NCBI GenBank assembly: GCA_018303655.1
Contig: JAGVXT010000023.1
Coordinates: forward strand, 30,394 to 94,393
Source: Candidatus Woesearchaeota archaeon
Lineage (GTDB): Archaea; Nanobdellota; Nanobdellia; Woesearchaeales; GW2011-AR4
DNA: 64,000 nt
Reading direction: 5' to 3'
Position numbers and translations under genes: made by a program. Below the pieces are notes generated by a model. It was not told the origin of the DNA. It worked only from the letters and a program-made list of their open reading frames with translations, and searched no databases. Shown here in pieces: positions 26,062 through 36,400 of the stretch; the stretch's first letter is position 1, and each line of letters opens with the position of its first letter.

Positions 26062-27135
26062 CTATCTCGTCACTTCAAACTTTTTTATTGTTTCCAAGAG
26101 CTTTTTTAATTTAGCATCTTTCCCAAACCTTTCCCTGACTGGCTTTATCATCTCATTTATGTGGTATGAAACAGCAGCCTTCAAATCTGCGGGGTGTATT
26201 GTTCCTTCCCTGTATAATTTTTCCAGCTCATTGTAATTCTCAATTACAACATCGCCTCCAAATTTCTCCTGCCTTTTGATTTCCATTGTGTTAAATTTCT
26301 CAAATACGAGGTATTTTGAATACTCAAGAACAGGGTTTTCATGAATAATTTTTGCCGGGCAATACGCCTTGCTGATTTTTCTTTTGATTTCTTCTTCGCT
26401 GTCATTCATGAAGATTGCAGTATCAGGCCTTGATTTTGACATTTTCAAGTCAATAATCCTGTCCTCTCCCTGCGTTTTTGGAGGCTCTCCCAATCCCATA
26501 AGCATGTGGTGGCTTACAACAACCGGCTTCCAAAAGCCCAAGCTTTGTCCGATTTCCCTTGCAAGCACATTCACTTTTCTCTGGTCCATTCCAAGCTGTG
26601 TGATGTCTGCCTTCAATTGGAAGATATCGGCGCATTGCATGCAGGGGTACAAAATTTGAGAGGCTTGCTGCACCTCATTTTCTTTTCTTCCCATTATCTG
26701 GCCTGTGCGTATTATCCTGTTTACAGTTGAGTTTCTTGCAACATTCATTACCTTTTTCCAGTATTCAGGATCTTTTACATAATCGCTTACCCATACAAAT
26801 TCCACATTTTTCAGGTCCATTCCGCAATGGCGCCAGACTTCAATAAGGTAATGGCCTACTGTCTGTATCTTGTCTAAATCCCCTCCCATCTTGTTGTTTG
26901 CCCATGCATGCCAGTCGGCAACAAGCATCTTGAACTTGATGCCTGCCTTGGTCATCTTGTTGACATTAATAGCCCTTAGAATTCCCTGCGCAATGTGTAT
27001 GTCCGTGCCAGAAGGCTCAAAGCCGTCATAGGCAACAGGATGCTCTTTTGTTTTTAACAGGTGCCTTAGCTCTTCTTCTGTTAGTATCTCTTCCCCAACC
27101 TGCTTTATCAATTCTATTTTGCCTTCTGCATCCAT
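26062..27135 (-). CDS. tyrS: tyrosyl-tRNA synthetase (archaeal type)
   Basis: AYDGFEPSGTDIHIAQG (HIGH-type), LVADWHA, KMSKS. Class Ic pattern; TrpRS is less likely. Confidence 0.8.
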   Translation of the reverse strand: MDAEGKIELIKQVGEEILTEEELRHLLKTKEHPVAYDGFEPSGTDIHIAQGILRAINVNKMTKAGIKFKMLVADWHAWANNKMGGDLDKIQTVGHYLIEVWRHCGMDLKNVEFVWVSDYVKDPEYWKKVMNVARNSTVNRIIRTGQIMGRKENEVQQASQILYPCMQCADIFQLKADITQLGMDQRKVNVLAREIGQSLGFWKPVVVSHHMLMGLGEPPKTQGEDRIIDLKMSKSRPDTAIFMNDSEEEIKRKISKAYCPAKIIHENPVLEYSKYLVFEKFNTMEIKRQEKFGGDVVIENYNELEKLYREGTIHPADLKAAVSYHINEMIKPVRERFGKDAKLKKLLETIKKFEVTR

Positions 27136-27170
27136 AAAGAACCAGTTTTACTGTTGATATTTAAAGTTTT

Positions 27171-27425
27171 TCAGTGGTTTTGCTTGAAAATCATCTGTGA
27201 AGCTATGCCGACAGAAATCCCAATTATCTCCAATGCAAAGAATATAATCATGCTGAATGGCAGATTGCTCATATAAGTGCTGAAGCCTGTGGTGCTTAAA
27301 ACTGCGTCGCCTGTTGGTATTATAGTTGCTGGTGTGCCTCCCTCTCCATATATCGGAAGCATAAAGTAAACAAGCAAAGCAACAAATGCCCCAATATATG
27401 CTCCTTCTTTCATAAAGCGCTTCAT
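27171..27425 (-). CDS. small two-TM membrane protein
   Basis: MKRFMKEGAYIGAFVALLVYF..., with two hydrophobic helices. Start set at the internal ATG so that the divergent promoter region stays non-coding. Confidence 0.45.
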   Translation of the reverse strand: MKRFMKEGAYIGAFVALLVYFMLPIYGEGGTPATIIPTGDAVLSTTGFSTYMSNLPFSMIIFFALEIIGISVGIASQMIFKQNH

Positions 27426-27457
27426 GGAAGTTTTAGAATAAAAAGGTTGTGGTTTAT

Positions 27458-27489
27458 ACCACTGGACATCTTCGCACAAACTTTATAAA
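27458..27489 (+). promoter_or_regulatory. conserved upstream motif + TATA box (copy 2)
   Basis: ACCACTGGACATCT, a 10-nt spacer, then TTTATAAA. The ATG of the Cas4-like gene lies about 23 nt downstream, so the transcript is likely leaderless. Confidence 0.45.
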
Positions 27490-27511
27490 CCCATTTCTTA
27501 GCTTGTTGTGT

Positions 27512-28363
27512 ATGAAAATCTCAGTTTCTTTATTATCATCTTATCTGTACTGCTCGAGAAAGCTGTTTCTTGAAAAGGTTTTGCTGCTGGAAGAGCCTCC
27601 TAAGGAGAGCATTGTAATGGGCTCAATTAGGCATGAAACCTATGACAATATAAACAAAAAGGAAGGGGAAATTGTGACTTCTATAACAGAAAAACATGAT
27701 TCAGAGCATATACAGGCTCTTTACAAGCAGAGATATCTTCAGATTTTAAGGAAAGCAATAGCCAGCAATAAAAAAAGGCTGGAAGAGGTCAATATCAACA
27801 TGCTTGAAGCCTACAGAAAGAGCTTTCCGTTCATCATGGAAGAGTCTTCGGTAAGGTCAGACAACATTGTTAATTTTATAAAATCAAACAACGTCTTTGG
27901 AGAGGAATTATGGCAGAAACTTACTCCAAAGATAATATCGGAATTAAGGGTTGAATCTGACGAATTAAAATTAAAAGGAATTATAGACAAGGTTCATGTT
28001 TATGATAATGAGTATGTGCCTTTTGAGCTCAAAACAGGCAGAACTCCAAGTGATGGAATTTGGCCATCTCACAGAATCCAGATAGCAGCTTACTCATTGC
28101 TTTTGCAGGAGAAATTCAACAAACAGGTAAAAGGGGGATTTGTTGTTTACCTTGACACAAAGGAAAAAAGGCACATTGCTATAAATCCTTTCATGAAGCA
28201 GGAGATAAGGCAGTTAGTTGATGAAGTTATAGCGTTGCTTGAAAGCAAAGAACTGCCAGATTTCTGCAATAATGAAAACAAATGCAAAAAATGCGGCTTA
28301 AAGCAAACCTGCTATAATGAGGAAGAAGTGAATAATTTACTAAAAATCAAGGTTAGTGGTTAA
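27512..28363 (+). CDS. Cas4-like / RecB-family PD-(D/E)XK exonuclease with 4-Cys cluster
   Basis: N-terminal Cys (LSSYLYCSRK), core IDKVHV ... PFELKTG, C-terminal CNNENKCKKCGLKQTC. Start set at the ATG at 27512. Confidence 0.7.
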   Translation: MKISVSLLSSYLYCSRKLFLEKVLLLEEPPKESIVMGSIRHETYDNINKKEGEIVTSITEKHDSEHIQALYKQRYLQILRKAIASNKKRLEEVNINMLEAYRKSFPFIMEESSVRSDNIVNFIKSNNVFGEELWQKLTPKIISELRVESDELKLKGIIDKVHVYDNEYVPFELKTGRTPSDGIWPSHRIQIAAYSLLLQEKFNKQVKGGFVVYLDTKEKRHIAINPFMKQEIRQLVDEVIALLESKELPDFCNNENKCKKCGLKQTCYNEEEVNNLLKIKVSG

Positions 28364-28449
28364 ATTGTGTATGTTTAATTCTATGTGGCGAAACATTTAA
28401 ATATAACTTGCCCTACAATCTCTGAGTATTAACTGTAGAGGGATAAACA

Positions 28450-28713
28450 ATGCCTGAAGATGATAAAAAGTTCTCAAAGCAACTGATTGGAAAGACAGTT
28501 GTAAGCAAGACCGGAAAGAGGTTTGGAGAAGTTGGCGACATTATTTTTGAGACAAGAAGCGGAGAGCTGATTCACATGGTGCTTCACAACCCGACTTCCT
28601 ACACTGAAAAGCTTGAACTTGAAAAAGACAAGGAAGGCCACATACTGATTCCTTTCAGCGCAGTCATTGCAATAGGTGACTTTATGGTTGTTGCCGAAGA
28701 GGATATTATTTAG
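28450..28713 (+). CDS. PRC-barrel domain protein
   Basis: LIGKTVVSKTGKRFGEVGDIIFETRSGELIHMVL ... ILIPFSAVIAIGDFMVV. Confidence 0.7.
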   Translation: MPEDDKKFSKQLIGKTVVSKTGKRFGEVGDIIFETRSGELIHMVLHNPTSYTEKLELEKDKEGHILIPFSAVIAIGDFMVVAEEDII

Positions 28714-28741
28714 ATTACTTCCCATAACTTATTTCTTATAA

Positions 28742-29224
28742 CTAATATCTACTCAATACAAGAGTATTTAAGAGACCGAAGATGACTAGGGATATTGAAA
28801 GTGCAGCGTATTGTATTTTTTCACTCGCCCTTAATAAGAAAGACAATATAGTACTCCCTATGATAAGACCCAAAACTTCTGGAACAAATATTGGAGCTTT
28901 TATATACAAACTAAGGTTCTTAAAAACAAAAATAAGAAGAGTAATCTTTAAAAAAATATTTATACCAACTGTAATCCATATATAACTTAGAATTTTTTTA
29001 TATTCTATATCGGAAGCAAATATGAGCCCTAATACCAGTGGAAAAATGTATAGGCTTAAATACAGTGCAACAAATTTAATGTAACCTATGTTATAAAAAG
29101 TTTTTTCAATTAGAGTAAAAATGTGAAAAGGAGAAAGAATAGGATTCCTAAAAACAACATTTATAATAAAAAATATCAAAGTAAAAATACTCAAGAAAGC
29201 GACAAGTGCTTTTGTGACCTTCAT
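28742..29224 (-). CDS. multi-pass membrane protein (unknown)
   Basis: 160 aa, 4-5 hydrophobic helices, very AT-rich. Confidence 0.45.
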   Translation of the reverse strand: MKVTKALVAFLSIFTLIFFIINVVFRNPILSPFHIFTLIEKTFYNIGYIKFVALYLSLYIFPLVLGLIFASDIEYKKILSYIWITVGINIFLKITLLIFVFKNLSLYIKAPIFVPEVLGLIIGSTILSFLLRASEKIQYAALSISLVIFGLLNTLVLSRY

Positions 29225-29290
29225 ATACTATTGGTAAAATGATTTATTTAAATACCTTTTTAAACAATATTTGGTTTCTCAGGGTATTAA

Positions 29291-30253
29291 ATGGAACAAA
29301 ATAGCGCTCTGTGGACCGAGAAGTACAGGCCATCAGATTTCTCTGATATAAAAGGCCAGAAAGAGATAGTCAAAAGAGTCAAGGCTTTTGTGGAGCAGCA
29401 AAACCTGCCACACTTGCTTTTTGCAGGGCCTGCAGGTGTTGGAAAAACAAGTTTGTCTTTGGTGATAGCAAAAAAGCTATTCAAGGACCTATGGAGGCAG
29501 AATTTTCTTGAATTAAACGCTAGTGATGAAAGGGGAATTGACATAATAAGAAACAAGGTAAAAGACTTTGCAAGGACAAGGGCAATTGGAAATGTGCCGT
29601 TCAAGATAATTTATTTGGATGAATGTGATGCCCTGACAAGAGAGGCGCAGCAGGCATTGAGAAGGACAATGGAAAACTACACTCAAACGTGCAGGTTTGT
29701 TCTTTCTGCAAACTATTCATCAAAAATAATCGAGCCTATACAAAGCAGGTGCGTTGTCTTCAGGTTCAAGCAGCTGGATAAGAAAGATATCATAGAAATC
29801 ATTGAAAAAATCTCAAAGGATGAAAAATTAAAAATTGATGAAAAAGCCAAAGAAGCCTTGTATGAGATATGCGAAGGCGACTGCAGAAGGCTTGAAAACA
29901 TACTGCAAAGCTCGGCTGCAATAGCCGACCACATAACAGAAGATTTGATTCATTCAATGGCTTCTGTTGCCAAGCCAAAGGAGATAAAACAAGTTTTGGA
30001 GCTTGCATTAATCAATAATTTTATTGAAGCCAGAAACAAGCTGCTGGACTTGATGCTGAGCTATGGATTAGCGGGCATTGACATAATAAAGCAGATTCAA
30101 AAGGAGATATTGGAGCTAAACATTGACAACAAAGCCAAGATGATTCTCATAGAGAAGTGCGGTGAAATAGAGTTCAGAATGACAGAAGGATCTGATGAGT
30201 TTGTCCAGTTAGAGGCTTTGCTAAGCCAGTTTGCATTGGCCGGGAACAGCTAA
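29291..30253 (+). CDS. rfcS: replication factor C small subunit
   Basis: WTEKYRP, GPAGVGKT, YLDECDAL, SRC motif (IQSRCVVFRF). No intein. Confidence 0.9.
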   Translation: MEQNSALWTEKYRPSDFSDIKGQKEIVKRVKAFVEQQNLPHLLFAGPAGVGKTSLSLVIAKKLFKDLWRQNFLELNASDERGIDIIRNKVKDFARTRAIGNVPFKIIYLDECDALTREAQQALRRTMENYTQTCRFVLSANYSSKIIEPIQSRCVVFRFKQLDKKDIIEIIEKISKDEKLKIDEKAKEALYEICEGDCRRLENILQSSAAIADHITEDLIHSMASVAKPKEIKQVLELALINNFIEARNKLLDLMLSYGLAGIDIIKQIQKEILELNIDNKAKMILIEKCGEIEFRMTEGSDEFVQLEALLSQFALAGNS

Positions 30254-31296
30254 GAAGCAACTCCGCCTTCTGTTGCCAAATGCTTTACAAGAACCTTAGT
30301 TTCTTTATTGTCAAGGACATTATATAAAAGCCTTATGCCAACAGTTTTCTCCAAGTCAAGCCTGTCTGTTGCCAAGTCGGCTGTGCAGGTTATTGTTCTC
30401 TTGCCGCTTACTAATTTGACAACTCCCTTATGACCAGCATCTAGACCACCGCATTTGGGGTTTGAAAAAACCGGATCAACTGGCATCTCAAGGATTTCAA
30501 CGCCAACATTGCTTTCGCGCTCCCTTCTTGCCCTTGGGTCGCGAGGGCATCCAGTGTCAAAGCTGGATGGCTTGCTTTCCTGCTTGTCCCAGAATATGTC
30601 CACATTGCCGCTCAAGCTGATGTCAAAGCTGAAAGAAAGCTTGTCCTTACCTACCACAGTCTGCCTGAAATTGCTTACTTGCACAGGAGCTGCTGAGCTG
30701 TAGACTGTCCTGCTTGATGTAGGCTTGCAAAGGCTGTCGTCCCTTACATTTATCATATCCTTTAATACACAAACCTTTGTATTTGCCTCTGTCTTGTAAT
30801 GGTAGCAGGCATCTGCCCTGAAAGTGAATTCTGTGTTGCCGCTGAATTTTCTTGGATTAAAAAAGGCGCCTGTTCCGCCTTTTGGGAATGTCGCGAATGT
30901 TGTTGTACCATCCACAATGTTGCCCTCTGCATCCCTCTTTTTTGCATCCAAAAGGTCTTCTGGCTGCTGGTCTTTCAAGTCTTCAAAATTTTTGCCAAAA
31001 TCGTTTGGGTCAAATCCGACAAGGTTTAGCTTTATATCATTCTTTTCAACCTTTGCTTCACCATCATTTTTCAACCTTACAATCGCATTAAATGAAAATG
31101 ACTCATCATCAGTCACTTCTGGCGGTGGTGAGTCTTTCTCAAAATTTATTGTGATTCCTGATGTTCCTCCTATGAAAGGAGTTCTAGGAGCTCCTCCTGC
31201 AGACGCTCCGCTTTTTTTGCATGCAGAAACCAAAAGAATCAGGCAAATAAGCAATGCAACAGCATAATATCTCTTGTTCATATTGCCTCTTTTCAT
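30250..31296 (-). CDS. secreted lipobox protein, paralog 3 of unrecognised family
   Basis: Signal peptide ending in LLVSAC. Shares the motifs GITINF..SPP, RLKNDG, ACYHYKT..VCV, AAPVQVS, TITC and RLLYNV with the two upstream genes. Alternative ATG at 31281. Confidence 0.6.
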   Translation of the reverse strand: MKRGNMNKRYYAVALLICLILLVSACKKSGASAGGAPRTPFIGGTSGITINFEKDSPPPEVTDDESFSFNAIVRLKNDGEAKVEKNDIKLNLVGFDPNDFGKNFEDLKDQQPEDLLDAKKRDAEGNIVDGTTTFATFPKGGTGAFFNPRKFSGNTEFTFRADACYHYKTEANTKVCVLKDMINVRDDSLCKPTSSRTVYSSAAPVQVSNFRQTVVGKDKLSFSFDISLSGNVDIFWDKQESKPSSFDTGCPRDPRARRERESNVGVEILEMPVDPVFSNPKCGGLDAGHKGVVKLVSGKRTITCTADLATDRLDLEKTVGIRLLYNVLDNKETKVLVKHLATEGGVAS

Positions 31297-31343
31297 TGAG
31301 CTGTTTATTTTGATGTTGGTATATAAAGTTTTTGGTTTGATGG

Positions 31344-32423
31344 CTATTGAGGCCCGTACCATTCAGAAGAAGGTGAGCTAGTTGAAGGTGTTGACACACC
31401 ACTGCTTCCTCCCAACCCGCTTACTTCTTGCTTTATCTGAATTTTTTTTTCTATGCTGTTTCTGTAGATATATACTAAACTAATAGTCATCGGCGTTATA
31501 TATGCTGTTTTGCTTCCGTAATCTGAGCTTGGCAATTCACATATCACAAAGCCTTCTCCATTAATCAGCCTTACATCACCGCCCCTGCCTCTCGCGGCAC
31601 TGCCGCCTGTATCCGTGAATGGCCCGCATGTGAGCTCTTTGTTTCCTATTCTGACTTCCTGGAGATGTACCCTATCCACTTCTTCTCTTAATATTTTTTC
31701 GCCTGAAGGCCCGCATTTGTTAAGCATATCATACTTTATAACTTCGCCATTTCCTGCATTTTTAATCGTTATCTTAAATTGTGTTTTTGTTGCAAAGGCT
31801 TCTTCATCTATTTTTGTTATAGCTACAGGGGCGCCTTGGCTTGACAGGGAAATATCCTGCACTTGGCATACTTTCTTTTCATTTGTAGTTGAATAGGGAT
31901 TTGGATCTATGCATACTGACGGGCCGGCAACTGTCTGGTAGAAATAACAAGCTGTTGCAAGTAAAGTCGGCTCGTACTTATCCACATTTAAATTGTCGAC
32001 TTGGATAACACCTTTGAATGTTGCTATATCAAGGCCGCCATTTGGGTTTATAGTGCTTTTGCCTTCCAACGCCTTTCTGTTTGTATCTTGGATATTGGTG
32101 TCTCTGAAGTTTATAATGTTTGGATCATAACCACTTAAATAAATTTTACCATCTGGTGCTGTGCCTTCGTTTGGCTGGGGGAAGGCTCCTTTATTTCTCA
32201 TTTCCAAAACAACTTCAAAACTATTGGCATTTTCACCAGCCCCTTTTTCAACGTGTATTGTTGTGGGCGGCGCATTAGCCAGAAAATTCATAGTAATTCC
32301 TTCTGTTCCTGTTCTTATCTCCTCCAAGGATTTTTCGTTGCTTTTTTTGCCTTTGCACCCGGAAATCAGGATTAATAAAGCAATAAACAAGATAAAAACC
32401 AGCCTTTTTTTCAATTTTATCAC
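31344..32423 (-). CDS. secreted lipobox protein, paralog 2 of unrecognised family
   Basis: Signal peptide ending in LISGC. Motifs GITMNFLANAPP, EMRNKGA, ACYFYQT..VCID, KKVCQVQD, GAPVAITKI, VICE, SLVYIY. Ser/Gly-rich C-terminal tail. Confidence 0.6.
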   Translation of the reverse strand: MIKLKKRLVFILFIALLILISGCKGKKSNEKSLEEIRTGTEGITMNFLANAPPTTIHVEKGAGENANSFEVVLEMRNKGAFPQPNEGTAPDGKIYLSGYDPNIINFRDTNIQDTNRKALEGKSTINPNGGLDIATFKGVIQVDNLNVDKYEPTLLATACYFYQTVAGPSVCIDPNPYSTTNEKKVCQVQDISLSSQGAPVAITKIDEEAFATKTQFKITIKNAGNGEVIKYDMLNKCGPSGEKILREEVDRVHLQEVRIGNKELTCGPFTDTGGSAARGRGGDVRLINGEGFVICELPSSDYGSKTAYITPMTISLVYIYRNSIEKKIQIKQEVSGLGGSSGVSTPSTSSPSSEWYGPQ

Positions 32424-32462
32424 TCTTTGCTCAAAACTTGGTGTTTTTGTATATAAAACTTT

Positions 32463-33467
32463 TTATCTTGCTGTTTTTTGTGTTAAGTAACTGGCTGAGA
32501 TTGATTGTGTATATCCATAAGTCATGTCTATCCTGAGTGGCTTTAGAAACGGGTCCTGGTTGTTTTGGATTCCTTCCTTGAAAGCGCACCTTATAATGTC
32601 TTTTTTGTCTTTAAGTTTTACATAGCCTTGTTTTTCTTTGTTGCCTTTTTCTTTTGGCTCGCAGTCAAGCTCTTCTCCCAGACCTGTGCCTGGGAAAAAT
32701 GCCTTTACGGTTATTGTGTTGAACTTGTCGCTGCTTACTTTTCCCTGTGTGCAGAATTCTTTTACAGCATCGTTCTTTATAACAATGCCTGTTCCCTTAT
32801 TCTCAACATAAATCAAAAATTGGGGAGTTATTTTTCCGGAATCCTGGCTTGGAAGCATCTGGACTTCTATTTTGCTTATTGCAACCGGAGCGCCCTGGCC
32901 GTTTGCAAATGCCAAGTCCTGCAGTTTGCATACTTTTTTTCCAGGCCTTAAATTGTTTGGATCTGTGTCCATGCAGAATGTTGCATCTAATACAGTTTTG
33001 TAAGGATAGCATAATGTTGCAATTGCAGCTGAGCTGTGGAATTCGCTTTGGGGGTCAACTTTTCCTGCCACAAGATTGTAGCTTATAACTTCCTCTCCCC
33101 CTTTTTGGTTTATTATGCTTTTTCCCTCTATGCCAAAAGAAGCGATATTGTTAAGTCCTGAAAGCGGTTGCACATTTCCGCTCGTCAGCAATTCTATATT
33201 TTTAGTGTAATCCTTTTCAAATCCAATGGATATAAACGCTGCATTGCTTTTTATGTCGGCAGCCCCGGAATTTCTTACTTTTACCACAACAGGAAACTTG
33301 TCGCCTTCGAAAATTCTTTGAGGCGGGGTGTTCTTGAGGAACTCCATTTTTAGTCCATCAAAGCCTACTCTCACATCTATGTCCTGTGTCTTTTTAGTGG
33401 AGGTTCCTGTGCAGCTTATTATAAAAATAATCAATAACGAAGTTATAAGAATTGTTTTTTTGTGCAT
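32463..33467 (-). CDS. secreted lipobox protein, paralog 1 of unrecognised family
   Basis: Signal peptide ending in FIISC. Motifs GLKMEFLKNTPP, KVRNSGA, LCYPYKT..FCMD, KKVCKLQD, GAPVAISKI, IIRCA, DMTYGY. Confidence 0.6.
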   Translation of the reverse strand: MHKKTILITSLLIIFIISCTGTSTKKTQDIDVRVGFDGLKMEFLKNTPPQRIFEGDKFPVVVKVRNSGAADIKSNAAFISIGFEKDYTKNIELLTSGNVQPLSGLNNIASFGIEGKSIINQKGGEEVISYNLVAGKVDPQSEFHSSAAIATLCYPYKTVLDATFCMDTDPNNLRPGKKVCKLQDLAFANGQGAPVAISKIEVQMLPSQDSGKITPQFLIYVENKGTGIVIKNDAVKEFCTQGKVSSDKFNTITVKAFFPGTGLGEELDCEPKEKGNKEKQGYVKLKDKKDIIRCAFKEGIQNNQDPFLKPLRIDMTYGYTQSISASYLTQKTAR

Positions 33468-33482
33468 TTTTGAAAATTATGA

Positions 33483-36400
33483 TTATTTAGTCATGTATTC
33501 TTTTGTTCCAGAATATTGTCCTTCATTGTTATATGCATAAACAGTATAAGTATATGGTTTTCCTACTATTAATTTTAGTCCGCCGTAATCAAAACAATAA
33601 TTGCCTGAGCCATCTTCTTTGATATCCTGGCAGCCTTGTACAATAACCTCTGGTTCGTCTGCAGAAAATCTTGTAACATCATAACTAATTACCTTTGGAC
33701 TAGACGGTTTATCCCAGCGAATTGTAACCACTTGGGTTTGATAATCGTAAGAAGCACGCACAATTATGGGTGATATATCTGGAATATTCTGTGTGTCTGT
33801 TTGCCCACTTTCTGATTCAATGCGTATAAACTGTACATCTTCTTTAGATAGATAATCTCCAATACCTGATTTATCAATAATTACACCATTCTTAATCTTA
33901 TTGGCTGTGTCCAAAATTTTTTCAACATAGTTTATAGTGCCTTCTACACAGCCATTAAAGCATTTATTGTAATCTTTTGAATTTGCGCATGCCTTTTGAC
34001 ACTTCGCTTCTGGTCTGCATCCCCATCCATTATATGCTCTTAATGTGGCTTTTATGTCCCTGTAGCTTAAATATTTCTGATGCCTATCTTGATATTTCCA
34101 TTTGGGGCAGAATGGCTCAAGACTTGAAGAACTTATGCCTCCTTTAGATTTCTGATATTTTTCGTTTAATAATTTTAAGCCAACTTTTATATTGCACTCT
34201 TTATTATAAATAGTTTGTCCTTTAGTGCAAATAGTTGATAAACCTTCATGAATCTTATTTACCTGCATTACACCAACGCTAGTATCATCATAACTCGTTA
34301 AAATTTTATCAGGTCCACAAGAAGTATCCTCACTTGCTTTGCAATCACTCCAATGATTTTTACCGCTTTCTGCGCAGCAATGCCTCCATCTGCTTTCAGT
34401 AAGAGTCAATGCAGAGATTAAATCCATACTCAAACCTGGGAAGTAAATGTCTGTTCCTGGTTTGAATTCTATAGCAGACTTTGTAATCCAATCAGGGACC
34501 GTTTCCACTAATTGCACAGGAAGCTGCTCAACATTAACAGTCACAGAATTCTCGAGCAGATAGTTATATCTCGCCCTAACCCTGAAATACCTTGTTGTTA
34601 TTGGTGAATCACCAAGCACTGCCGAACTTGGCTCGAACCTGCACACAAAGCTTCTGGACTTGTCTATGTCCTTGTTTAAATCCTTGAACTGCTTGCTGCC
34701 GACATCAAGCGCATACGCATTGTATTTTTCTTGAGTAGAACCTTCTCCTTCATTGGTTTGGAACAAAAAAGCGCATTCTTGATTGCACTTATCAAAAACA
34801 GTTTGGCATTCCTTTATGCAATTGTTCTTATTTTCATCAGAGCCACCTACATTGCTACAAGCTACTGTACAAGGAACTACAACATTATTAGTACATGAGC
34901 CAAAACAATCAGTTAATTCATACTTCTTAAACGGCATGCTGCAGGGGCATTCCAATTTTTCCAATTCTGTTTTTGGGTCTTCACATTTTTCAAGCTTATC
35001 GGAAGTGCCAAGTGTAATTCCGTATGGCGTCAGTAAAATTAATTCTGTTATGTTTTTTATTTTTCCTTCCCATCTTGTGATAATTTTCTTATCTTTGTCC
35101 TGAATTTCCTTTCTGTTGGTTAGTGTAATGCCTATGATCGGCTTTATGGCATAGCCTTCGCTTACTGTAACAAGAGGACCTACGCCTAAGCCGATTTCAA
35201 CAGGCCCGTTTGTGAAAACTGCTGCAGGAGTCTTGTCTTTTATCCCAAATTGTGTCAATGGATCAATTCCCTCTCTTGAACTTGCCCTGAATCTTTCCCT
35301 GTCCATAAAGTATGTTTTCAGATAAGAATCGGTGCCAAAATTATACTCTGCTGATAATGTAACTATATTAGCTCCTGCTGGTATTTTGTTTTCATCTTTT
35401 GGCAGGAACGTGCATTGGGTGTCAACTTCCTCCAATGTGAATATTGGGAATTTTATTTCTGGTATTATCTTATCTGCATATATCCTTTTACTGTCTTTCC
35501 ATCTGCTGCAGTTGAAGCTCACAATTACTGCATCTTTGTATGTTTTGCTCCTTATAGTGCCCCACACAGTAATCGGCTCGTCAGTATAAAATCTTGGGTC
35601 AGAAGCCCTTATATTGCCGAAATAGACTCCAAGGCTTTCATATCTATTTTTTTCAACGTTGCCCCTGTACAGGCCTGCTGTGGCGATGTCAAGCCTGCCT
35701 TCAATGAACCCTTTTAGGTTGGCTGTAAATGAACTGTAAAACTCTGTGAATGTTGTACCTTGTTTTGCTATGTAGGGGATGGTATTTGTTTCAAGCCCTG
35801 CAACATTTACAGTCATTATTAAAAAAAATGTTACCAATAAAATAAATGCCATCACAGGATAAGTTGCTTTTTTCTTGCCATCAATTTCATTCGATTCTTT
35901 AACATAGCAATAGGGAATTACAAATAATGTAAGCGGTGGAATAAACTTCAAAAATAAATACTCAGAATTCCATAAAAACCCATACCCAAAAAAATCAATT
36001 ATCAGAAGACTGGGCATGTAGAGATATGTTAAATAAGGTTGTGTTCTTTCTTTTTGCTTTATATAAACAAATCCAAAAAAAATGATATATATTGCATGAA
36101 GCCATGCCCTTATGTTGCCCTGCCATCCATTATTGAGCCAAAAAAATGAAAAAACAAACATTGCATAAAGCGAAGAGAAAAGCCCCGCGACTTCACCCTC
36201 CTTATAGTTTCTATCAAATTTCCATACCAACCATCCTAAAAACAAAAAAAGCAAAATCATCCCATATTGACCTAATGGTATTGAAAAACTTATGTTTAAA
36301 TAAGATGGAAAAATTTTTGGAATGAAATAATTTGATATAATAATTATGCCAAATGCGAGTATAAAAGCTCTGTATTCTTTTTCTATTATTTTAAAAACCA

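Noticed and set aside
29291-30253. Inteins in RFC, PAN, primase or Hef, given the LAGLIDADG gene nearby
   Set aside because: All these proteins have uninterrupted motif spacing and normal lengths. No Cys/Ser ... His-Asn splice-junction blocks were seen.
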